Below, one piece after another: positions 48,301 through 59,242 of a stretch of 64,000 bases of DNA. The stretch comes from Nitrospirales bacterium (GTDB lineage: Bacteria > Nitrospirota > Nitrospiria > Nitrospirales > UBA8639): positions 1,600,001-1,664,000 of the forward strand of contig CBDBCZ010000018.1 of the NCBI GenBank assembly GCA_965203295.1, read 5' to 3'. Every line of letters starts with the position of its first letter. Within the stretch, counting starts at the first letter, position 1. The notes under the pieces are model-generated. The model had not been told where the DNA came from and did no database searches. It saw only the letters and a list, made by a program, of their open reading frames with translations. The position numbers and the translations under genes were made by a program.

Positions 48301-50382
48301 ACTTGCTAGTGTCCATGTGTATACTAATTGAAACTGCACAGCAAATGGTGCAAATGTGTGATATGGATTAACTCAGAACACCACAATGTGCTCTTGGTTG
48401 AACAGTTTTCAAAATAACTTTTCAAAAAAACTTTCAAAGAATCCATGCTGGTATGTGGGAACAGAATTGGAGCAGCAACATCAGCTGATGGAGAGAGAAG
48501 CTCCTATTCTTGTGTGGTAGCTGCCCCAACTACATTAATTAAATGATGCAGCATATTCGTGAGTCCCGAGGTTATAGGCAACACCTCTTTAATTGTGGAG
48601 TAGCTGACAATCAGAGAACATTATTGAATGGTGGTGGTTGTGCACTTTCAATTTTCAAGAGTTCAGCTAGTCCGGCTACAGTAACCTGAAGTGCAAACAA
48701 CAATTCAGAAGGAAGCAGAAAGGTCCAAACACAGTCAAGAAGATCACAATTTACAGTGAATTATTAAACCGGCGGAAAAAGCCGCAACTTTAACAGATGG
48801 TTATTAACTTTTTCTCAGCATTGTTGTATGAATTTGCTTGTCAGTTCTGTAGTTGTATTGATTACAATTAGCTTCTCATTAGGCTCTGTAATCTACTAGC
48901 TGTCTGTTATGTCACTATGATTTTTCAACTAAGTCCTGAGCTAAAACCATTTTCCAAGGAAGTACAAACTATGGTTTGAAAATTTGACCGTGATAAATCC
49001 ACACAACTTATACTACTTTTCTATATTAGCTTACTTGCTCTATTTGTATAGCACAAATATACTGGCATGAACTAGTGAAAGCATTAGTCTACCATTCCAG
49101 GAAAAGGAAAACTGACAGTGTATGTAATGAAAATTATTGCTTATGATCTCATGTGGGATGACTCACACCATATGCCAAATCATAGTCACGCCACCAGGAC
49201 TGCATGAAATTTGAAGTGCACGAGTGTGCCAGTAATTCTATACAGTCTGCAGGTAGCCCTAATTAAAATAATAATCTAATCATAATAATGTTGTTGTAAT
49301 ATACGTATGACTAAAATTTCATGTAGTAGTAATGTCTGAAAACTTTGAGCTTGTAAAATATGTTATAGGTCTACTTGTATTTTGAAGAGGGCAAGTTGTA
49401 AAAGCACTCTTGATCTATGGTGGATACGAAATAATTGATTCAGGTATCAAGGTCGGCATACAACCAATTCTGTTCCCACATACCAGCATGGATTCTTTGA
49501 AAGTAGTAATGTCTGAAAACTTTGAGCTTGTAAAATATGTTATAGGTCTACTTGTATTTTGAAGAGGGCAAGTTGTAAAAGCACTCTTGATCTATGGTGG
49601 ATACGAAATAATTTATTCAGGTATCAAGGTCGGCATACAAGCAGGCAAATTTGCTGCAACAGCTTGAATCACTCCAACTTGTCTGAACATAGTAGTCCAT
49701 AGCCTTAGCAATGCTGGTGTCGTCTTTGATGCTTTTGCTGTTCCATTCGATCGCTTAGTTCTAGTAAAAGGTGCATATGACATCCACAAGTATTTGTACA
49801 GGTGGGGAATCACTACAAAGTGATCAGTTGGAGAGGCTGATCAAGGATTCTAATAAGGAAAACAAGAGCTTCAGTTGAAGTAAGCATTTAAATCTGCAGA
49901 TAGTGATGTGATTTTTATACATGTGCGTATACATCAAAGTTGTATCGATACTGTCGTATGTATTTAATTCTACTTTTAATGTGTGAATATGTCTATTATG
50001 GGTTGTTTACACTTAACTTATAGTTCCATCATTTTATCAATGTTTTAATCAGTTGGAGAGGAATTTTAATGAAATCAAGAGCTTCAGTTGAAGTAAGCAT
50101 TTGAATCTGCAGATAGTGATGTGAGAATTGGGACAGGTAAGATTTTAAGGCTTTATTAAAACAAGTTATAAGAGTTTGTAGTGTTAATCTGGAATACTAG
50201 GAAGAATAAAGTACGTATACGGTAATCAAGACGTGGTTGCTCTTGCTCTTGTCCGTTGATTGGAGATCTTGGATCTTGGATGATTGGAGCCCCGCCTGCA
50301 TATGTGGGTGCATGCATGGTCAGTGGCGTAAGCGCTATGGCAGTATATGTAATATATAAACCAGGAGGTGTATATCAGTGAT

Positions 50383-50482
50383 ATATCACCTGCTGTGGAG
50401 GAGGTTTTTGGGAATATATCGCTCGGGCCGCAGGCCCGAGGGGTATATTTCCAGAAACCTCCGAACACCAGCAGGTGGTATA
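50383..50482 (+). mobile_element. Long hairpin with CCGCAGG loop (same architecture class as 9033, 39266, 41563)
   Basis: atcacctgctg..ggaggtttttgggaatata..ctcgggcc-GCA-ggcccgag..tatatttccagaaacctcc..cagcaggtggta. Confidence 0.65.
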
Positions 50483-50890
50483 GCAATAATATTCACCGAT
50501 TGGACATCATATAGCTTTTGGACATATAGCTTTTCCGCTTGCAGAAAGAGAATGCATAACTGAAACAGTACTTGTGATAGAAGGTCAACTGTGACAATAC
50601 TGCAACAGTGGGATGAAACCAAACAGGTGTTGTGCCTCACAAAATGTACTAACTTAACACTCTTATTCTTCTCTCACTCAGGTTCACCCACATTGGCCTA
50701 GTGGTAAGGGATTTCCTTATACTATATACCGGTATACGTAAGTCTCAAATCATTATTGTGGGTGTAGTCTAAACAATGCAAATTATGGCTGAGAAAGGTG
50801 CAAAAGTATACAGCAATAAGTTAATACGCGCAGATGCGATCAATAATCATATCCAGTTCTGATCGATCGAAACCAGGAAAACATGTAGTA

Positions 50891-51065
50891 CAGTGAACCC
50901 CTCTATTGTGGAAACCTTGAGGAACTGGTTAAATGTCCTGTATAGAGAGGGGTCCTCACTTCAGGGGTAAATTTACATTAAGAAAGCATATTTGGGACAT
51001 AGCAAAGTGTCCTTAATACAGAGGTGGCTATAATTCAGGGGTGTCCTTTAGGAGGGGTTCCACTG
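50891..51065. mobile_element. pogo/Tigger-type MITE (TA TSD)
   Basis: ta|cagtgaacccctc ... gaggggttccactg|ta. Confidence 0.85.
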
Positions 51066-52566
51066 TATGTGCACATATATCCTCCGCGGATGCAGTTTTA
51101 CCTGGGGCACAGCCAAGGGGTAAAACCGAGGATATTTTGGGTGCATACCCTCTGAGGGGGTGTGGTCTATCTGACTTATCCCACTACTGCGCATATGCGT
51201 AATTATCGTTAAGTAGCTGGAACTAAGGACGTACAGAAGTGTAGGATATGCGCCTATATATCCTTCTGCTCTCGTTCTATAAAACACTAGAGATGAGATA
51301 AATGCTTTCTGAAATTTTAAGACAAACACAGATTGATAATTTTGCCACTGTACAAGTCATCACACTTGGTGGCTTTGTTGTGACAGTGCTTTGTACCGCA
51401 ATAGAAAATTGTGTTGGAGAATCCCTGAAAGAAGCTGTGAAATAACTGGTATTGTAACAGTGCACGACCTCCTGTGACTTCTGGCACAAATGGCAGAAGT
51501 GGTCCCAAGAACTGCCATGCTTGGGATGGTGTTTTCACCCACCAGTTCTTTGAGGCTGACCTATCTAAACTTTTACAGGCTCTTAAAAATTGAAAATAAT
51601 CTACCGAGGTGCTTTTTGATATAGTCCTATTAGCTAGTGAGAAAAGGCAGTGTAGAGGCAGAAAAATCATAAATGGTAAAAGTAACTAGCTATGAGCTTC
51701 TTCAACAAGAAATTGTCCTTTTGCCTATGCTATACCATAGGACCAGCTTTAATTGCGATAATCTGTTTAATAAGCTACAAAAAAATAAAAACGCAATCAT
51801 GAGTACGCACGCGAATTTATGCACACGCAAAGCACAATTATAAAATGTGCAATTATAACCAGTCCTACACTACCTTAACAGGAAAAGCCCACTGAACTAA
51901 TAGGTGGGTGAGTAATTAATTAGGCTTTGAAGTTTCACTTTTGAAGGACGTTGTCACTTTTTCAGTCAAACCAAGTAGTGGTTTAACTGGTTTTGGTTAA
52001 TACAGCTGCAGGCTCAGACAGACTCAGACTAACAGTGGGTATGCATGCAAGACAAGTAGTTCGGCAGTCATATGTGTGTAACTACCATAGAGCTATCTTT
52101 GACTGCTACTGGTACCGTTGAACTGCCAACACAGCATATGAATATACATGCACTAAAATAAATTACTCACCTATCCTTGGTAAATAGAGCAGTTTCCTTC
52201 GTCTAGTTTCTCTGTTACTACATCCTCTTGGCCCAAGATCAGTAGTCCAGTACACTGGCTGAGCAGCAGTGTGATGTCATCATCGCGTACCCCTGTGACG
52301 GAAATAACTAGTTTAAGTACATTCAAGTACATTTGGGAGGAGTTACAAAAGTAACAGATCATTTTAAAGGTACGTATCTGCACACTACTTGTTTGGTACA
52401 ACAACAGCTACACTCAGGAGGATTGGATGTACAGATTTGATAGTACTCCAAAGATGACCAGTATGCCACTACAAAAAAAACACAGCTGGCTAAAAGACAC
52501 ATACTCAACCAGCACTAATAATAGTTTCGTAGTGGAGCTTCTGAGTGGAGAGGCAAGCTTTATTAA

Positions 52567-52707
52567 CTCTTTACCAACCAATGACGCATATATGCATCAT
52601 GAGCTCCCATAAGCCCATATGAATTATATGGGGGTTTAATACTAGCCGTTAATACTTTGTAAAGGCTTTATTGCTTATTTAAGCTGTTTCTTATGGTTGG
52701 TAAAGGG
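52567..52707. mobile_element. piggyBac-type MITE, same family as 16872-17014, opposite orientation
   Basis: ttaa|ctctttaccaacc ... ggttggtaaaggg|ttaa. Confidence 0.9.
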
Positions 52708-54324
52708 TTAATTAATGCCAGTAGATGATGGTAGGCCCACCTGTACGACTGCTCTAGCTAGATCATTGCCGTTCTTTTCTTATTATCGTAGGTGTTTTCA
52801 TCCTATTATCTGACCAGCAAATGTTAACAATTATTACCAGCAACTGGGTTACCTTAATTACCATTCTCAAATGAAGTTATTCATGGGAGTTGGTCTGGCA
52901 AAGCCCTTTTCATATTCCTATACCTAGACAGGTTACTTTATTATCACACGGTCACGACAGTACTAGTGAACTAAGGCAGCTGAGCAGCTCACAAATTAGT
53001 CATATATATAATAAATTTCTCCAAAAAGACTCTGTAGTTTTGTAGTCCAATGGCTTTCCTTTGAAAAATAATCACTTGCATCTGCATGACATGTCTGAAA
53101 ATGTTGAGCTACTAAAGTGTATTGGCGTGATAGATGGAGAAGTACACTGTCTATATTCTGTAGACACAGCTCAGCGGCTGTTCTAAACCTGTTCGCGACT
53201 GATACGAGTCACACGTTTTTCTCTGAAATCTCGTAGTGACTCGCATCTAGTCTCTACAACCTTACACAGTTCTGCTTGAGAGACACTCTTGCTATGCTGC
53301 ATGCGTGCTGCGGTATGTCACTGAATATGGCACCACATCAGAACTAAACTTACATCAGTTTGCCAACTACATGCCCACTCCATCTTGTAACATTAAATTA
53401 TATGCATGTCCCTTTTTGGTGCTTGCTAATCTGTTTACTGTTTCACACCTATGATGGGTAAGAATTAATTAGCTATACTGCTCTGTGTCCATCACATAAA
53501 AACTGCATGCCTATTGAAATTCACTGCATTGTTCCTACGTTTAACTATATTGCGTTAACTCGTTCCAGGCTCCCCCCATTGAAAGTGCACTGCAAGTGAC
53601 AAAGCTGGGGAGTCTTGGGATTGCAGCTAATATATTACATGTATTGATTTACCAGCTTCTTGTTCCTGAAACAAATAGGCTTTTACCACATACCGGGGCT
53701 GGCCTGGTCAGTAGCTAGGCAGAAACATATCTATGGCAAGAGCATCTGGCTATAGTATTGAAATTTTGATTCAATCCCGCATATTCCCGCTGTCGGACTG
53801 AAGTGGACAGAGTTCCTGTAGAGTCGGAAAGTGGGGGCAGGCTGGTGTCATATAGGAATTTAAAATCCCTCCCATTAATTAAGCCTATGTTAGTAAGATT
53901 ATACTGAGAAAGAATGAGACGTCAACTAAGGTGTGGTTGCCTATACCCTTGCAGGTATATAGATACCCTAAAATACCCCTTCAGAAATAGGTTATGTAAG
54001 CTATGCAGAGCAGAAACTGAAGACTGCCCACCAAGCACTGGCATGGCAGGGTAAGCCACCCATCACCAACACTTGCTGTCCTTCCAGTGACCCCAACCCC
54101 TTGCTGCTGCATTTATATGGTGATGTATACGCATGTAACAATCTATTCAACATACTAACTGTTTATAATATTGTTGTCAAATTAGGGTTCTATACACACA
54201 ACCTCCCCTTCCCATCTAAATAATTAGGACAAAGAGGTCACTACATTTATGCAGAAGACCTCCCTTACGCTGAGGAGTTCCCGGCCCATCTCTACTGCAC
54301 ACACAACGCACCAAGTGCCCAGAG

Positions 54325-55780
54325 TCACGTACCTCGGATGCATCAGGCTCATGGGGGTGTGGAGCTAGGTGCGGCAATGGAACCAATCCCTGATGTCAAA
54401 GCAGATTGCTGTGAAGGAGCTGTTGCCGACAGTCATTGCAGGAGCAATCTGGGGGCATTCCTGCAGTGGTCAACAGGTGATGTTCCAGTGTGACATAATA
54501 ACAGCCGTTACCGCTAGCCGGGAGTGAGATCTAATATAGGTGCTCCATGCCTCCTTTTCATAGAGGCCTACTTTCAATTTTAGTTTTCGCCTTAACACCT
54601 GCCCAGAGTGGATAATGAGTGTGCGGATGACCTCACCCGCAACCAGATACATGTAACTGCCTTCCAAGAGAAAGTCCCTGAAGCCAGCAGTTTACCTTCA
54701 CCATAGATAATAGAGGACGTGCTCAATTATCTATGCTTTTGCCCATAACCTCTTCCCTACTGCAGTGGCTGCTCCACCCCCAGCTGGATTGGACATCAGC
54801 TGGCTGGACCCAGCTGTTTCTGTCGGAAAGGCATAGCAGATTCGACTCACAAGACTCACAAATCAGCTTTGCCTTGTTTTGGGCCATTTAGCTCATTGTA
54901 ACAAACAGTGCACGTTACGTGCTCTATTATCTATGATTGTTCTGTTACGGTATAGTCTCCCCCTTCCCAGTATTGACTTTGTTATTATACATCCTCCTAT
55001 CTTGCAACTCAACAACTCACCGCACAAACGGTTAAGACCTATCTCTCAGCAATCCGCTATATGCAGATCATTCTGGGCCACGGGAATTCTCCTCGTTACC
55101 CCGCCTACAATTTGTACAAATGGAAATTCAACGCACTCAAATACAGAGGGTCTCTACGCCACCAAGGGTCTGCCCCCCAATTACCCCTGCAGTACTGTCT
55201 CACATCAGAGAACACTGGTTAACAAATTCCTTGGATCCTGACATAATAATCCTATGCATGTTCAGCGGCCTACCTTTGTTTTATGGGTTGGTTTTTCGGT
55301 CAGGTGAGCTGTAGAGCTTTGACCCAACAACACTCCTCAGCTGGGGTGATATTGCAGTGGACAATCATGTGAACCCAGCTGCAATTCGGATTCATCTGAA
55401 GCGATTGAAATGTGACCACATTAAAAAAGGCATATATTAATATTTTCGTGGATAGTACTTACACCCCTATTTGCCCAGTGGCAGCTGTTGTAGCCAATAT
55501 AACAGTTCGAGGCTCAGCTGACGGGCCATTCTTTGATTTGACCAAGCCAAAATTTGTTGCCAAGGTCTGTCAAGCCTAGCCTCGTACCCAGTCCCATCCC
55601 ACCCAGTAAAGTCAAGCCCTGCAAGCAATAGGCCTCCACTTAGCAGGACAAGTTACCGTATTGGGGCAGCAACTGAGGATTCAATAATCCAGACATTAGG
55701 ATGTTGGAGCAGTGCTGCCTTTACCTACATCTGTGCACCTAGAGAGAACCTGGCACATTTTTCGCTCACATTTGTCACGT
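54325..55780 (+). mobile_element. DIRS/Ngaro tyrosine-recombinase retrotransposon remnant (RNase H + YR)
   Basis: TSDASGSWGCGA and IAVKELLPTVIAGAIWG..VMFQCD (RNase H); PITPAVL, FRSGEL, LSWGDIAVD, IHLKRLKCD, ICPVAAV, GPFF, SYRIGAAT, IQTLGCWSSAAF (YR); many frameshifts. Confidence 0.9.
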
Positions 55781-56092
55781 AGGTTGGGGGGGTAAGAATG
55801 CAGGCACTCTCCCCTGAGCTGATATTGGGGGGCCCAGCTTGGGTCCCCCTCATCTTCACCCTCCAAACACTATAGGGCTGGAAGATACAAGCATCGGGCC
55901 ATTCTGTTGATCCACCTACTTACTGGCCAACACAGAGGTGCCCAGACCTCCCGCTAGACTATTCCTGTAAGAGAATGCTAGCTGGTTCGGTTACTAGTCT
56001 AGCCCCTCCCTCTCCAATTTTCCCGGTGAGAGGGAGGGGCTAGCAGCTAGACTAACCACTATACTCTCGTCGTCATGGTCCACCCATCCCTA

Positions 56093-56134
56093 TAGTCTCG
56101 CATAGAAGCGCGAGGGGCTGGCTACGCGAGGCTA
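56093..56134. mobile_element. Minimal 42-bp Academ-type MITE
   Basis: ccatcccta|tagtctcgc..gcgaggcta|ccatccctt (8/9 TSD match). A similar tagtctagc..gctagacta hairpin lies at 55995-56054. Confidence 0.7.
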
Positions 56135-56485
56135 CCATCCCTTTATTACCCAGCCACTTTTCCAGACATAAGCTTATACTAATAGCCTACCAAACTCGCA
56201 GCGAGCACTTACCTTCGCTATAGAACTCTGTACGGGAGAGTTGGAAGCGCTCACTATTACAGCGAGCCTGCGCGTGCTTCGGCCTCTAGTCTTCCAGCCG
56301 CATTATTGTACGTGGCTGCAGGTGGCTGGGCTATTTTGTGTAGTGGGTGGGTATTGTGGGTGTGCCCGGTTCTGTTGACCTTTTTCTTCGCACGATTGTG
56401 TGGTTTTGAAGAAGTTAATAGAGTGAGCTAGCTACTCACAACTCACTTCGCTCAGTGATTGGTGCACGTTGCACCGCGACCAAAA

Positions 56486-58203
56486 ATGGATTCCTATTGG
56501 GGTGACAGTGTTTGCAGCTCTCCTCGTATCTATCGAGAGATCAAACTCTCAGACAGGTTTCTCGTATGACAGGCAGGATCTATGGAATTTACCTACAGCA
56601 ATGCGTCAGACTCCAATCGACATAATAACGCGAGATGTACAGAGGAATTCTAGCCTCAAGGAGCTCGAATTTAGCGATGTCTGGACTGCTACTCTTGACG
56701 GGACGTTTTCGAACAATGGTCTAACCCCCCGGTTTGTTGCCTCTACTGGTGGAACGGCTACCGTTCGCAATCACCTTGACCTCCTCAATTTCACCTGCAC
56801 TGGGGACGCGAAAATGACCACGGTACGGGGCATCGCATAAACGGAGAAGAATTCGGACTGGAGTTCCACTTTGTGACCTTATTACAAGGAGAAGGCTCAG
56901 TAAACCTTAGTAACACAAGTCGCGGTGACCTTATTTCTGTCATAAGTGTGCTCGCAGAAGTGGATGACACTGCTGAAATTTTAGGAGTCTGGGAGAAACT
57001 CAACATCTCTGCGATTATCGGGGCTGGAAACAGTACTGCAGTAACTGGATTGAGTTATCCCTCAGTTTTGCCGGAGAATAGCGACTACTACTACTATCCA
57101 GGTTCTCAAAACGAGTCCACCTTGCTGTGAATTTGTACAGTGGTTTGTGTTGCAGAACAGGATCAAAGTGCCAAGACCTTTCTTGGAACAACTGCGAACA
57201 GTTCGGAACTTTAATGATGAGCCTATTACACTTAACAACAGAGATGCCCAGCCTCTCAATGGCCGTATTGTATCCGTTCTTCCCTCCTCATTAGCGCTTG
57301 ATCTTGTCTTTATAAACGACACCCCACAAGTCAACGGCAGTGGTATTTTCCATGCTAAGTTTGCTACCAATACGCCTGGAACTGATATCTTTCTCACATG
57401 TCGTCTGGAAGGCCCTAGTGGCACTATCACGCAGGATTGTAAGCATGCATGCTGTATATATATATTATTACACGAGTGAGCGGGTAGCTGGAGAGGGTCA
57501 CAGGAGCCTGTCAGTCAAGTTTAATGTCTAGTTATACGTGTACATGTAGTCAATTTGATTTCATGAGAACGATTGCAACAAAAGAGCAGATGTTGACTCC
57601 ATTTAGTCTTGTAATGTATTATGTAGTCATTCTTGAGTTAATCCAATACTTTTTTGTAGCCTCATTTTCGAGGCATACAATTTTGAGAGGCACTACCTAT
57701 TTACCTTCTCCTGTGGACAACCAACTTGCAAACATCTGTATATGAAAAGAGTGTTAATTACTTAATTATGTCTTTTATCATGTGTAGTCTTTGGCCTGAC
57801 TGACAGTCACATGAGTTCCATGACATCCCTTGGAGCAAGGTAGAAGTGGAGAAGTCTACATCTTCAGAAACATAAGGTCTGGATCGTCAGCTATACTAAA
57901 CATGTGAGTTCAAATACAGCACTGCACATAGTATGTAGCTTCTACACATAAAAAGGTTTTGACACTAAAAACCTGGGAGTGCATGTGCAGTCCTAATTGG
58001 TCTGTAAATCTAGTTACAAGAGCAACATCAGTTTACTAGACTGTGTAACACACGAATTCATTTTCTGCTGCGAATACAGGTCCTAGTCCAGTAACTTTGA
58101 CAGCCTTAGATCCTGGAACCCATCGCGTTTAAGAATCAAACCAATCGGATGTGGTAGAGCTGGAGAGGGTCACAGTAGCATATCAGTCAAATTTAATGTC
58201 TAG
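56486..58203 (+). pseudogene. Secreted alpha-carbonic anhydrase, copy with signal peptide and terminal exon remnant; three 1-bp homopolymer frameshifts
   Basis: ATG at 56486 gives MDSYWVTVFAALLVSIERSNS if one G of the G-run is removed. Further indels at ~56790 and ~57107 relative to copy A. Exon-like 58080-58203 reads PSPVTLTALDPGTHR..RIKPIGCG..SVKFNV*. Confidence 0.85.
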
Positions 58204-59242
58204 TTATACCTGTACATGTAGTCAATTTGATTTTATGAGAACGATAGCAACAAAAGAGCAGATGTTGACTCCATTTAGTCTTGTAATGTATTATGTATTC
58301 ATTCTTGAGTTAATCCAATACTTTTTTGGGTGGGGGGGGGGGGGGGGGGGGGGAGGGGGGGTGTTTGTCCAGGGCAATAGGCAAATAGCAGAACATGTGT
58401 AAACTGTTAGCTTTTGATTATGACAGCCTAACCTAGTTAGGAACCTGAGAGTCACTACCCATTTGCCTTCTCTTGTGGACAACCAACTTGCAAACCTCCC
58501 TATATGAATATATTATTGAACTGAGAGTTTTAAGAGTGTTAATTAATAATCATGTCTTTTATCATGTGCAGTCTTGACCTGACTGGCAGTTGCATGAGTT
58601 GGGTGCTCCATGACATCCCTTGGAGCAAGGTAGAAGTGGAGAAGTCTACATCTTCAGAAAAATAAGGTCAGAATGTCTTGCAAGCTAGGCTTTGTGGGGC
58701 TCATGCTTCTGGATGTGAGAAATATTCTAATGTGTGAAAGCAGTGAGACCACAGTCAATAGCTATGCTGTTGAAATAAGTATGCCAATGCATTTTCAGTA
58801 CATGTAGAATCATCCAGCCAACTCACTAAACTGGGAGTAGCCAGTTAGGAAGATGGTATTTACTAGCATGACTTTCATTTATGGCTACAAAGAAAAGTTT
58901 GATTGCTGCCAACTGCATGCATTTTGTGGGCATTTATCAATAGAAAGGCCATTAGCCAGATGGTCCCAGCCTGTCTCTGCATGGTATATATATTGTGCTA
59001 AAGGTGAGTAAGGACAATTGTTTGTGGGTACAGTAAATTTATGACATAGAGTGCTACAACTGACTTGAAGCAAGCAAATTAGTTACAGGTAGCTAGGTGC
59101 TGAAGGATGGCTACTGGAGCAATTACGTCCAGTGTACACTTCAAAAAACTGAATTGTTACTGTCACGCTTTGGTTCGAAAAGATAATGTTTTCACTTGTT
59201 ACATACTTATCGCACTTCTTAGTTAGGTTCTGTTTCTGTATT

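Larger units (their letters stand above)
39235..50050 (+). repeat. Tandem segmental array (unit ~3.6-4.4 kb; two long and two partial units) carrying ApoL last-exon pseudocopies and LINE RT debris
   Basis: Units start at agcacaaatatactgg near 39235, 43624, 47258 and 49050; identical ORFs at 42475/46106/47907 and 39792/43980/49613. Confidence 0.95.
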
